A stretch of 64,000 nt of DNA, from contig NC_043001.1 in assembly GCF_006345805.1 (NCBI RefSeq), forward strand, positions 127,720,001 through 127,784,000, read 5' to 3'. Each line of letters begins with the position of its first letter. The first letter of the stretch is position 1. The DNA comes from Octopus sinensis. Lineage: Eukaryota. The position numbers were made by a program, and so were the translations under genes. Shown here piece by piece: positions 12,386-24,774 of the stretch. The notes beneath the pieces were generated by a model, which worked only from the letters and a program-made list of their open reading frames with translations, did no database searches and was not told the DNA's origin.

Positions 12386-12797
12386 GGCGCAGGAGTGGCT
12401 GTGTGGTAAGTAGCTTGCTAACCAACCACATGGTTCTGGGTTCAGTCCCACTGCGTGGCATCTTGGGCAAGTGTCTTCTGCTATAGCCCCAGGCCGACCA
12501 ATGCCTTGTGAGTGGATTTGGTAGATGGAAACTGAAAGAAGCCTGTCATATATATGTATATATATATATATGTATGTGTGTGTTTGTGTGAGTGTGTTTG
12601 TCCCCCTAGCATTGCTTGACAACCGATGCTGGTGTGTTTACGTCCCCGTCACTTAGCGGTTCGGCAAAAAAGAGACCGATAGAATAAGTACTGGGCTTAC
12701 AAAGAATAAGTCCTGGGGTTGATTCGCTCGACTAAAGGCGGTGCTCCAGCATGGCCGCAGTCAAATGACTGAAACAAGTAAAAGAGAGTAAAAGAGA
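12386..12797 (+). mobile_element. SINE family 1, full length
   Basis: GGCGCAGGAGTGGCTGTGTGGTAAG head through to the GAGTAAAAGAG tail. Confidence 0.88.
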
Positions 12798-12972
12798 ATA
12801 TAGATTTAGTTTCACCCAAATTGACATGTTTGATATCTTACATTGGTACATCATATCCAAGAAACTTGATGGTAAAGTTGTTTGAATGTCAGAATTTATT
12901 TTGATACTAGATACACTGAGTTCAAATCCAACTAAGGTCACCTTTGCCTTTTATACTTTTGAAGTCAATAAC

Positions 12973-13300
12973 ACCTTGGGCAAGTGCCTTCTACTATAGT
13001 CTCGGGCCGACCAAAGCCTTGTGAGTGGATTTGGTAGATGGAAACTGAAAAGAAGCCTGTCGTATATATGCATATATATATTATGTATATATATATATAT
13101 ATATGTGTGTGTTTGTGTGTCTGTGTTTGTCCCCCTAGTATGGCTTGACAACCGATGCTGGTGTGTTTATGTCCCCGTTACTTAGCGGTTCGGCAAGAGA
13201 GACCGATAGAATAAGTACTATGCTTACAAAGAATAAGTACTGGGGTCGAGTGCTCCAGCATGGCCGCAGTCAAATGACTGAAACAAGTAAAAGAGAAAAG
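12973..13300 (+). mobile_element. SINE family 1, 5'-truncated
   Basis: Homology to 12386-12797. Confidence 0.8.
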
Positions 13301-13979
13301 AGAAAGAGAACACAAAAAAAAATATGAAGATGATGGATTGAAAAAATTTAAGAACTCATGTATGGATGCCTTGGTATTCTGAGTTCAAATCCAGCCATGG
13401 CTTACATCACACCTGGTACCATTAGTTATAGTCCCTACTGTTGCAAGCATTCAGATTAGTTCACCAGTTTGAGACTAACTTCCCTCCTTGTGAATAATCA
13501 TGGCCATTGCTTTCCTGCTGGCTAAAAAGATAGAAAAAAAAAACCATTTGATTTGCTACTTAATTCCAACTTAAACTTCTTTGCTGCATTTTTTTTTAAG
13601 TTATAAGTTCAGTACTCTTTCAATATAATTTTGCCTTTCCTCTATCTGAAATTAGTATACCATATTTTCTGGCATACAAGTTGAATTTTTCAGGCCAAAA
13701 GCAGGTAGGTTGATGTCTACACTTTTGCTATAACTTTCTGGAGGACCAAAACTTCCATGTGAAATACAGTAGGATTTGTAAAGATAGTGACAATGTTTGA
13801 ATGTTTACACTACATGTTCACTACATATCATGTCGACTTGTGTGTCAGAAAATGTGGTAATATAAATGATATTCTGGGAGTTGTTTCATTCAACATTAAC
13901 TGGCTTTTAAGAAGAAAAATATGGCAAATCTATATTATGTATTTATACCTGTTGTAATGTAGTTTATCCATCTTTTCAG

Positions 13980-14108
13980 GTGTGTATTTGGATGAACCAA
14001 AATTTTCTGCTAGAACAGTCACTGGATCCTGATAATACCATAAATGTTGCCTTCATATCATTACGAGATAACAAGCCTCTGATAATCATTATGGATCAAT
14101 CCAAACAG
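13980..14108 (+). CDS. BBS2: BBS2 coding exon (VCIWMNQNFLL...MDQSKQ)
   Basis: ttttcag acceptor, GT donor, phase 0/0. Matches VVVWLGQNFLL...CFTSLR. Confidence 0.93.
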
Positions 14109-14644
14109 GTATACCTTTCATACTGTCAACAGAGAGTTTTTAATCTTAATCACAATAAAAGGTTGGCTGGCCATATATAGGTAATATGTGTGTGTGTGTA
14201 TGCATGTGTATGCATATATTTATGTATGTGCTTTCATAAAGCCTTTCTTGTGGTTACATATGTCTGATGTGTCATTTCTTACTTAGTTTCTTAATATCAC
14301 CATCACTAGCAGTGCCATTGCAACTACCATCTCCACCACCACCACCATCACCATCATCATCATCATCATCATCATCACTATTGTTTCAGGTCTTTTTTTT
14401 TTCTTTTATTTTCTTCTTTCTTTCTTTCTTAAAAAATTGCTTGTAAGGTTTGAACGGTTCCATTTCTGCACATGTATTTCACATCTTATTGGGATTGTTT
14501 TATTGTCTGTTAATGATTATAATAATTTTCCAGGCAGTTACCATTATCTTTAGAGATGTCAAATCATTAATAGCCTTATTCTTAGTTTTGTTGCTGGACA
14601 ATTTTGTTGTTGAAATTCTTACTTAGATTGCTAGCAAAAGAGCA

Positions 14645-14722
14645 ATTCCCGGTCTGGGAATCGAAACCGCGATCCTACGACCACGAGTCCGCTGCCCTAA
14701 CCACTAGGCCATTGCACCTCCA
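14645..14722 (-). mobile_element. SINE family 3 head fragment
   Basis: tRNA-like head only, matching the head of 21112-21493. Confidence 0.75.
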
Positions 14723-14976
14723 CATATATATATATATATTATAATAATATTAGGGAGTAAATCCAAACTTACAGGGAAAAATTAGATTTAGGCTTAAATC
14801 TAATTTTACAGTATAAATATATATATCAAATTAGAGATAAAACCACTATTAGGCAAATCAAACAGTGAAAAACAGGACAAGAACGCAAAACATTAGAAAA
14901 CAATACAAAAAACACGGACAAGATATTCGAAGTCTTCAATCTTCAGTCAAGAACTGGATCATCCTCACAATTTCGG

Positions 14977-15075
<99 letters not shown>

Positions 15076-15160
15076 TCTATGAGGTTACTCTGGGTTTCAT
15101 GTCCATGAAGTACTGAGCTTTATAGCATTTCTTCTATGTATATAAAGTTAATATAAACAG

Positions 15161-15674
15161 CCAGGTGCTATGTCACACCATAAAGAAAAAATGCAATCAT
15201 CACTAAGTGTGACTAAGGGTGCCAAAGCATCTACATGGGTACAGATAAGAGTTAGAATACTCTTAATGTTGTAGGAAGAGTGCAACTATATATACATACG
15301 CTGACAGGGGAGCTAACTGCCCTGTGACCATTTCGAGGCCTAGTTTCACCTATGATTGTAGGCATCGTCAGTGGTGACTGCTCAAGCAGCTCATGATTGG
15401 CTAATTCTGTCTGCCAGCATATATATCTGCTATAAAATGTATGGGTAATTTAGCAAAATGCTAATGTGTATACTAGAAATTAATGTAAACAACCAGGCGC
15501 AATGTGATACCATAAAGGAAAAGTACAATCGCCACTAAGTGTGACGAAGGTTACCTCCCCTGTCAGCATATGTATACATTAGCTCACTTCCTACAACATT
15601 AAGAGTGATTTAGCTCTTTATTTCTAGCAATGTAGGTGCCTCGGCACCCTTAGTCACACTTAGTGATGATTGTA
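15161..15674. repeat. Foldback element: about 120-bp inverted arms plus partial direct repeat; hammerhead relic in spacer (Penelope-like terminal-repeat architecture)
   Basis: 15192-15311 is approximately the reverse complement of 15556-15674, and 15161-15218 resembles 15494-15551. The - strand reads CTGACGA-TGCCTA/TAGGT-GAAA at 15371-15344. Confidence 0.7.
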
Positions 15675-16944
15675 TATGTGTGTGTGGATATATGTATATA
15701 TGTATGTGTGTGTGTATATATATACACATATATATATACACTAGCTTAGAAGCCACCCCTCAGGAAGCCCAGTGGAAGGCTCTTCATTGGGCCTTGGGCC
15801 TAACAGTGACACTTCATGCATTGAGTACATGTTGAATTTTATTGAACTTGGCCAATATTTTTTAAGTGATGAAGAATTTCCATCTAAACAATATAATTTG
15901 TCGACTTGGTTTTTTTGTCTTCCCATTCAGGGGTCTATACAATTTTTTTTCTGTTTAGCCTCTTTCTTTCTCTATGTCTTTCTGTTGATTGTTTTCAGCC
16001 ATCACCATCACCACCACCATCTCCACCACAACTACCATACACACACCATTCAGACGTCTGACGCCACCATCATCAATACCTTTGACTTCGCTGCCTTCCC
16101 CTCCACTTCTATCACAACTACAGCTTATCCAATTACTATCACCCCATTACCATCACAACCATAAATCTGCTACTGCTTCTATGCCTACTGTTACTCTCAC
16201 CCTAATATGAGCAATAGTAGGAGTGTGAATGAATAATGAGAGAGAGGGGTCAATGTGTGACACACTGACACACAGAAATTAGTTTTCACATTTGTTGTAT
16301 ATAAATATATATATCAAATAAGATAAGATACAGATTCTCAACAGATAAGATATTCTCTGATGAAATATTTGCTAAAAATTATAATAGTATATCCTGTCTG
16401 TTGAAAATCTGTATTTTTGCAACTGAAGATGGTGCTGTATTTCAAATTGATGTAATGCTTGAATTGTTCAATTAAATGGAGCCACCTGAAACAGCCATAT
16501 TGCATTAATACCTTGACATCTTTGTTACTTGTTTGATTTTTATTCGCCTTACTTCAAGCTGTGCAGATAATACTAGACTGACTTGATACCTCAACATAAG
16601 TACCTAATTCAAATGAATCTTATTTCTAATATATATATATATATACACTGGCTGCGAATGATCCATGTATCTTGTTTTTGTCCTGTTTGTCGTGCTATCA
16701 TCTATTTTTCCACATGTTGTGTTTTGTTGGTTTCCGTTTGTTGTGTTCTTTCTGTTCTACCTTTGATTTATATATAGCACCAAATAAGTTAGGGGTTGTA
16801 GATCCAACCTTCTAAGGGATAATACTTATCCAATATACTGCTGGTATACTACCCAAATTATTAATACACAAGTGTTTTTAATTGTAATGCAATGAACTCA
16901 TTGTATTAAATGGGTGAAGGTAAAGAAATATTTTACCATTAATT

Positions 16945-17409
16945 TATATTGCAAATAAGAAAATGGAGAAACACATTAGTTGGTTCATCAGCCTTAGGAT
17001 ATTAGAATGTTGTCTTATTTAATTAATAAAACTACAACCTGTACATGTATCCTGTTTCATGTATATATTTATACTTTGAAAGTACTTTATAATCTCTGAC
17101 GAGGCCTATGGATATATATAAGTACCCCATTTTTAACTGCCTACAACCTCAATATAATTGACAAGTATAGGCACTGAAAATTGCTTTTTTTCCATAGGCT
17201 GAAGCAGCTGTAAGTGATTTTAATGATTCTAACAATTTATATTAATGTTTTTTTTTAATAACTATTTGTATTTTTATCTTAATTGTATTGAATTTTATAA
17301 TGTATATATGTATGTTATTATGGTTGTAGTTTTGTTAATTAAATAAGACAACATTCTAATATCCTAAAGCTGATGAACCAACTAATGTGTTTCTCCATTT
17401 TCTTATTTG

Positions 17410-17416
<7 letters not shown>
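16945..17416. repeat. Foldback element with 95-bp near-perfect inverted arms and a central hammerhead motif
   Basis: 16945-17039 is the reverse complement of 17322-17416 with 2 mismatches. Confidence 0.9.
17091..17219 (+). ncRNA. Type I hammerhead-ribozyme motif (probably inactivated)
   Basis: CTGACGA (17096), 9-bp stem II GGCCTATGG/CCATAGGCT around an 80-nt loop, GAAG instead of GAAA, CAGCTG, then TA cleavage triplet end at 17212. Confidence 0.65.
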
Positions 17417-17462
<46 letters not shown>

Positions 17463-17771
17463 CACACACACATGCATATATATGTATGTGTGTAGATTTT
17501 TATTCCCAAGATTGCTTTGGTCCAATAGTAGGATGCCTGTCATGTTTAGAAGAGTTGTGGGTTCAAGTTCCATAGCTACCTTTGTCTTTTTCTATCCAAA
17601 GAGATTTTTAACCCAGTATTTACATGCTATTATTTATAGCTCTTCTGCTTCGAGATTCATCATTCTGGAAAAGAATTATTTCATATCCTGAAAGTTTCTA
17701 AATTTTTAAGACTTCAACAAAGTATGCATGTGTGTGTTAAAACTATCATTATGTTAAATTTGATTCTACAG

Positions 17772-17909
17772 ATTGTTATCAAGACTGATAATATGGATAT
17801 TGCTGGAGACATTGTCCAATCTTTGACATCTTACCTCAAGATTGACGAACTCAACGTTACAGCTCATTTCCCCAATGAATTGAAAATACTTAATTCTCTT
17901 ATAGAAAAG
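17772..17909 (+). CDS. BBS2: BBS2 coding exon (IVIKTDNMDIAGDIVQSL...LIEK)
   Basis: ctacag acceptor, GTAAGT donor, 138 bp. Matches ITINTDDIDLAGDIIQSM...ADFP. Confidence 0.96.
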
Positions 17910-19431
17910 GTAAGTTTATCACATTTCTCCTATACAACAAGGAGAAGTTCCTGTACTTCTTTCCTACTTTAATCTTCCTACACTTAGCACAAAGCCACCT
18001 CCCTCAATACTGCACCCCCACTCTGTGAAAGGTCTTGTGTTGCAAGTTACTTGGTAACCCCACCAGTGTTGGTGCCATGAAAAGAAGCACCCAGTACATT
18101 TTGTTCAGTGGTTTGGATTAGGAAAGGCATCCAACTGTAGAAACCTTGCTAACGCAGACACTGGAGATAGACCAACACAGCCCTCAGGCTAGTCAGATCC
18201 TGTTGAACTGTCCAACCTATGCAAGCATGAAGCATGGACACTAAATGATGATGATGACAATCATTGATGGGGGAGGAATTTTTTTTCTGTATGTAGAGCA
18301 TCAGGTAGCAGTTTGGTTCTTTAAAATGGCAGAGGTTTTTAACCCTTTTGCTACCAGGCTTCATTTAGCTCACTTCTCATTCTGTATGACAAAACTACTT
18401 GTTTTAAAGTATTCATGTTTAAATTAAAACATTTTGACACAATTTTTATTTATGAAAATTTCTTTTAAGTTATGTTCCAAACTCCAGCCTAATAGTAACA
18501 AAGTTATTTGTTTTACTGAATCCCTCCAAGTTCTTGATTATTTTCAAAATTAATTGAAACACATATGTATTAGAAATATGGTCTCAAAAGGATTAAATAT
18601 TGAATTGCTCTGAGTTCAATCCTGCTGTGTAGCATCATCCTAGGCAAGTATGTTTTGCTATTACTTCATGCTTTGTGAGTGAAATTGGAGGAATCTGTGA
18701 ATGGAGTGCATGTGTAATTTAAAGGCCTGACTTCATCACATAACATGTCATACTGATTCTGCCTAAGGATAAATTAAAGGCCCACATGAAGGTTTTGTTA
18801 AAGGCATAAATGTATAGAGATAAATGTTGGTTAATGAATTGATTTGTTTCACTGTTGGAACAATAAATAAAAATATTTAAAGTAGCAACTGAAACCTTAA
18901 ACAACTTTTCCCCACTTTCACCCACTGCCTCTTTTTTTCTTAAACTTTCATTACTGGAGCAACCTAGACACAAGATACACAAACTGAAAGGCTGGTGTCT
19001 TAGACTCTTGTCCTTTTTTTCCTGCATATTTTATCTATCACTGCAAATTAAAAGGCTTTACATACGTGCATGAAACAACTAAAGCTACTATGCTGATGTG
19101 CATAATTCGTCAGTTTGAAGTTGTCACCCTTATCATATCATCATCATCATCAACAGTATCATCATAAGCAGTCATGTACCACCAGTGATATAATTCACTG
19201 GTGTAAGCAGAAGTAGCATTGTAAAATTGATAATTGATTTGTTGGCTTGCAGCTCATAGTGCTAAGTTCAATTCTTCCAGTGGTAAATTATCTTCCTGGT
19301 AAAAAGATCTCTCAGTAATGCAACATGCTATGGAAAAAAGATTTAAGTAAATTTTATTAGAGTGAGATATTTGTCGATAATCATTATCATTAATTGTGAT
19401 TGATTAATAAAAAATTTTTCTCATTTTATAG

Positions 19432-19544
19432 GTTGACTCTTTGAATAACTTGAGGCAGACTTTAAGTACTGATATCGCTGATCATTCCAACCTAATCAGA
19501 TCAATGGTGGTTCATGCTGAAGACTCAAGACTTATAGGAGACTA
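19432..19544 (+). CDS. BBS2: BBS2 coding exon (VDSLNNLRQTLSTDIADHSNLIRSMVVHAEDSRLIGD)
   Basis: tttatag acceptor, GTTAGT donor, 113 bp. Contains the ADHSNLIRS...AEDARL motif. Confidence 0.96.
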
Positions 19545-19554
19545 GTTAGTATGA

Positions 19555-19555
<1 letters not shown>

Positions 19556-19600
<45 letters not shown>
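19556..19600. repeat. (CT)n microsatellite immediately after the BBS2 donor
   Basis: Direct reading. Confidence 0.95.
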
Positions 19601-19603
<3 letters not shown>

Positions 19604-19734
19604 CCACCAGCCAAAATAATTGTAAAAGTCATGACTGAGGTTAATTGTTGGACCATACAAGTCATCAGCTAAAATCTTGGTGTAGCAATTTTATTATACC
19701 CCCTCAACAAGTGAAATAGTCTATTTAATCCAAT

Positions 19735-20140
19735 GCAGGAGCAGCTGTGTGGTAAGTAGCTTGTTTAACAACCACATGGTTCCGGGTTCAGTCCCACTGC
19801 GTGGCATCTTGGGCAAGTGTCTTCTGCTATAGCCTCGGGCCGACCAAAGCCTTGTGAGTGGATTTGGTAGACGGAAACCGAAAGAAGCCTGTCGTATATA
19901 TGTATATATATATGTATGTGTGTATATATGTTTGTGTGTCTGTGTTTGTCCCCCTAGCATTGCTTGACAACTGATGCTGGTGTGTTTACGTCCCCATCAC
20001 TTAGCGGTTCGGCAAAAGAGACCGATAGACTAAGTACTGGGCTTACAAAGAATAAGTGCCGGGGTCGATTTGCTCGACTAAAGGTGGTGCTCCAGCATGG
20101 CCACAGTCAACTGACTGAAACAAGTAAAAGAGTAAAGAGT
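19735..20140 (+). mobile_element. SINE family 1, full length
   Basis: Head to tail present. Confidence 0.85.
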
Positions 20141-20185
20141 AATATCTAGTTGAACTAAAAAAAATAAAGCAAATTCTTACTGATT

Positions 20186-20545
20186 ATCATCATCATCATT
20201 TAGCGTCCGCTTTCCATGCTAGCATGGGTTGGACGGGTCAACTGGGGTCTGTGAAGCTGGAAGGCTTCGTCAGGCCCAGTCAAATCTGGCAGTGTTTCTA
20301 TGGCTGGATGCCCTTCCTAACGCCAACCACTCCGCGAGTGTAGTGGGTGTTTTTTTACGTGCCACCTGCACAGGTGCCAGACAGAGCTGGCAAACGGCCA
20401 CGAATGGATGGTGCTTTTACGTGTCACCGGCACGGGGCCAGGCGATGCTGGCAACGGACACGAACGGATGGTGCTTTTATGTGCCACCGACACGGGGCCA
20501 GACAGAGCTGGCAAACGGCCACGAACGGACGGTGGGAATCCACAT
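20186..20545 (-). mobile_element. Young RTE 3' end with about 3.5 VNTR units
   Basis: Same subfamily as 41201 and 48557. Confidence 0.85.
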
Positions 20546-21111
20546 GTAAAAACAAATTCTATAACAAAAACCATTTCCTTCACATATTAGCATGAAAAAT
20601 TTCATCTGAACCATCATCATTTTATGTCCATTTTCCTTTTCCACGTAAGATCCCTTGCCATCTGCTTAGTGAGGCTTGGATTGTTGAGAACAACCCTTAC
20701 CACTTTTTGCCAAATCTTCTACAAGTGTCTTTCTCTTGAATCACTTGCCACTTCTTTACTCACCTCTTATCTTCATGTGCATATCTTTTTTTTTTTGGCC
20801 CACCCTCATCACATGACTTCCCTTTTTTACATGCTACATCTGATACATCTTACACCTAGTTGTTCTCTCAACTCATTTGTGTTCCATCATTCATTTACAC
20901 AAACATCATGCCGCCAGCAAGTACACCTCCCTTTCTTTCCAGCCTCTTTATGATAGCTCAGTCTGCTAGAAATAACAACCAAATCACCCTCTAATTACAT
21001 CGTACTGTTTTAAAAAAGACACAATGAAGTCTGTAGATGATATGGTCGTAATTAGAACGATCACAGGTCTACTGCATGATTACGACTATCAAAAATTACA
21101 CAAATATAAGG

Positions 21112-21493
21112 AAGCACTCCGTCGGTTATGACGATGAGGGTTCCGGTTGATCCGAATCAACGGAACAGCCTGCTCGTGAAATTAACGTGTAAGTGGCTGA
21201 GCACTCCACAGACACGTGCACCCTTAACGTAGTTCTCGGGGAGATTCAGCGTGACACAGAGAGTGACAAGGCCGGCCCTTTGAAATACAGGTACAACAGA
21301 AACAGGAAGTAAGAGTGAGAGAAAGTTGTGGTGAAAGAGTACAGCAGGGATCACCACCATCCCCTGCTGGAGCCTCGTGGAGCTTTTAGGTGTTTTCGCT
21401 CAATAAACACTCACAACGCCCGGTCTGGGAATCGAAACCATGATCCTATGACCGCGAGTCCGCTGCCCTAACCACTGGGCCATTGCGCCTCCA
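21112..21493 (-). mobile_element. SINE family 3, full length
   Basis: Near-identical to 6556-6935. Confidence 0.88.
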
Positions 21494-21962
21494 CTATGAC
21501 GCAAATATAGCCATAGCAGAAATGAATTTATACTGTGTTCCACTAAATATTTCAATAACTGAATATTTCGTGGTAAATTTCGTTCACATATCAACAAGTT
21601 TTACTTTCATCCTCAATATATTAATATTATTGGATTTATCAAAATTAATATTTCATGAGGGGGAGTAAGTACTGAACTGCCTTGGTATACTACAGAATGA
21701 GTTACGTCCCGTTATTTGTAAGACTTACACGCACACACACCTTCCTGCCATGCCGAATGTTTTTCAGTAAATTTATTAGGATCATTTGAAGAATGCATTG
21801 ATATATAAATAGGTTTCTTATTAATTAAGCACAAGACAAGTGTCTTATTCTTATCAACCAAGTAACATCATCTTTGTTCTTGCTGTGGTTTTTACAGATC
21901 CTGTGATGGATTCTTTGAGAAAACAACAGTATTAGTCCTGAAAACAACAGTATTAGTCATCG

Positions 21963-22193
21963 GTGGCGAGCTGGCAGAACCGTTAGCACGCCGGGAGAAA
22001 TACTTAGTGGTATTTCGTCGGTCGTTACGTTCTGAGTTCAAATTCCGCCGAGGTCGACTTTGCTTTTCATCCTTTCGGGGTCGATAAATTAAGTACCAGT
22101 TACGCACTGGGGGTCAATGTAATTGACTTAATACCTATGTCTGTCCTTGTTTGTCCCCTCTATGTTTGGCTCCTTGTGGGTAATAAAGAAATA
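21963..22193 (+). mobile_element. SINE family 2 with agtattagtc target duplication
   Basis: Head, core and tail present; flanking direct repeat. Confidence 0.85.
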
Positions 22194-22786
22194 AGTATTA
22201 GTCCTGAAATAAATATACCCTCTACTTGATACATTGAGCACCTTTCTCTCTGTTTTTTAACAATCTTCTACTTCAGTTGTGTGTGTGTGTGTATATACAC
22301 TTAGTAGCAAAGCTTTAATTTTGGCCTTCCTTCTAACATGAATTGATACCTTTTGAAAATTTTATACTACTTCTTATGAAATTGATCTGAGTTAGTTGGT
22401 ACTACTAACTTACTAGCTAAAACCTTTTCTGAATAACAAAAATGAAGGCCAACTTTGGTTGACCCTTTAGATCTTTGCCACTCAGAAAATGTTCAGCTAG
22501 TTAGTAGTACTTACTTAGGACTAGGTGGACTCACCATTAACAATTAAGTGGTATCTTTACTACAGACTCAATACACTTCTAGTAACAGGGATCCATTTGA
22601 GCATATGTATTTATGAATGATATAAGCAGATGTGAATGTGTGGTTAGAAGTTTACTGCCCAACTACATGGTTTTGGGTTCAGTCCCATTGCATGGCACCT
22701 TAGGGCATGCATCTTCTACTATAACCCTAAGCCGACCAAAGTCTTTTGTGAGTGGATTTAGTAGGCAGAAACTGAAAGAGGCCCAT

Positions 22787-23016
22787 CGGCGAACTGGCAG
22801 AAACATTAGCACACCAGGCAAAATGCTTAGCAGTATTTCGTCTGCTGTTACATTCTGGGTTCAAATTTCACCAAGGTCGACTTTACCTTTCATCCTTTCA
22901 GGGTCAATAAATTAAGTGCCAGTTACGCACTGGTGTCAATGTAATTGACTTAATCCCTTTGTCTGTTCTTGTTTGTCCCCTCTATGTTTAGCCCTCTGTG
23001 GGCAATAAAGAAATAA
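22787..23016 (+). mobile_element. SINE family 2 nested in an older family 1 SINE
   Basis: Family 1 halves at about 22630-22786 and after 23016 share aagcccat. Confidence 0.7.
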
Positions 23017-23322
23017 GAAAAGCCCATTGTGTGTGTGTGTATGTTACTGTCGCCTTCTCTTGACATTGCGTGATAGTTGTAAATAATTGCCATCATGATG
23101 CAAGTAGCATCCTTCATTTCCATTCTTCAGTGAGAACATGTCTCTGATCATGGGGAAATATTACTTTACTTGGAAACAGGCGAGGATGGTGACTAAAAGG
23201 ATATCTGGCCATAGAAAATCCACTTTGACAAATTCTCTCTAACCCACCCATGTGAGCATGGGAAAAAATGGACATTAAAAAAATCAATGAAATGGAAATA
23301 CTCATTGTTTTTATTTCCTCAG

Positions 23323-23471
23323 CAAATCAATGAAACAAGGCTACACAGAACTGTTCAACCTCAATCAAGAATTGCTGCGTGACTACAAGATCCGTTGTGA
23401 CAACCACACAGAACTTGTAGCAAGCCTGAAGCAAGTGAACATGATCATCCAAAAGGCTTCCAAACTGAGAG
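23323..23471 (+). CDS. BBS2: BBS2 coding exon (KSMKQGYTELFNLNQELLRDYKIRCDNHTELVASLKQVNMIIQKASKLR)
   Basis: tcctcag acceptor, GTAAAA donor, 149 bp. Contains the YKIRCxNHTEL motif. Confidence 0.96.
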
Positions 23472-23711
23472 GTAAAAATGTCCTCTGTCATTGTTGCTAT
23501 GGTTGTTGTTGTTGTTTAGGTTTATTTATTTTATCATTGTTTTCTTTTATTTGTAGATTTTTTTAAAGCATATAAAATCCTTAAAAATCCTTAAAAATGT
23601 TTTAGCATCATTATATAGACTGTGAGGTTAAATTGTTGTAAGGTTATAATACTGGGGACATTAACCACATTGTCATAAGTTCAAGCTTTACAACCACAGC
23701 TGCAACTACAG

Positions 23712-24440
23712 TTGTTGATGATGATGATGCTCCTCTTCTTCTTCTTCCTCCCTTTCTTTCTTCTCTTCCTCCTCTTTTACATTCTCCTTTTCTGCCTTCT
23801 CTTCCTCCTCTTCTGCCTTCTCTTCCTCTTCTCCCACTTCCACCTCCCCTTTACCGCTCCCTCCTCTCCCTCCTCCCCTTCCACCTCCACTTCTACCTTC
23901 TCTTCCACTTCCTTTGCTTCTGCCTCCTCTTGCACCTCCCTTCCACTTCCTCCTGCTTTCTCCTCTTTCACCTCCTCTTCAACCTCTCCCTCTTCTGCCT
24001 TCTCCTCCTCCACCTCTGCCTTCTCTTCTGCCTCCTCTTCCACCTCCTGTTTCTTTTTCCATCTTCTTTTCTACCTCCTTCTCCACCACCACCTCCTCCA
24101 CCTCTGCCTTCTCCTCTGTCTCCTCTTCTGCCTTCTCTTTCACCTCCTCTTCTACCTTCTCCTCTGCCTCCTCTTCCTCCTTCTCTTTCACCTCCTCTTC
24201 TACCTTCTCCTCTGCCTCCTCTTCCTCCTTCTCTTTCACCTCCTCTTCTACCTTCTCCTCTTTCACCTTCTCCTCTTCCTCCTTCTCTTTCACCTCCTCT
24301 TCTGCTTCATTTTCCTCTTTTGTCTTTTCCTCGTCCTCCTCCTCTTGTTCTGCCTCTTCTATCTCCTCTTCTCTCTTCCTCTGCTGCAACTACTACTACT
24401 GCAACTGCTGCTGCTACTACTACTACTACCACTACTACTG
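23712..24440. repeat. About 700-bp C/T-only low-complexity tract with an internal about 36-bp tandem unit, in the last BBS2 intron
   Basis: Direct reading; (CTT/CCT)-based, unit cttctctttcacctcctcttctaccttctcctctgcctcctcttcctc. Confidence 0.9.
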
Positions 24441-24774
24441 ATGATGTTGCAGCCTTTCATCTTTTCAGGGTTAACGAAATATGCACTAGTTGAGCACTGG
24501 GTCAATGTAATTAACCCCACAAATATCAAGCCTTGCGCCTATACTAGAAATTATTATTATTTTTGCTCTTATTATCATTAAGGTAGTAAATATGAGCTAG
24601 CAGAAAATACTCTCATGATAGAAAAATACTTAGCAACATTTCATCCTTTTGTGGTTGATAAAATAAGCACCAGTTTAGCCCCCAGTGTTGATGTAAACCA
24701 ACTTAACCCCTCCACCAAAATTTCAGGCCTTGTGCCTATAATAGAAAATATTATTATTATTATTGAGTGAGAGA

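Noticed and set aside
14645-14722. tRNA gene
   Set aside because: It is the head of SINE family 3, continuing into SINE body sequence; no proper acceptor stem.
15772-16164. 130-aa ORF
   Set aside because: Runs into (CAC)n low complexity; no recognisable domain or splice support.
18719-19027. 102-aa minus-strand ORF in a BBS2 intron
   Set aside because: No recognisable homology; this length is expected by chance.
23712-24581. Long ORFs (up to 289 aa) on both strands
   Set aside because: Products of a stop-poor C/T low-complexity tract within a BBS2 intron.
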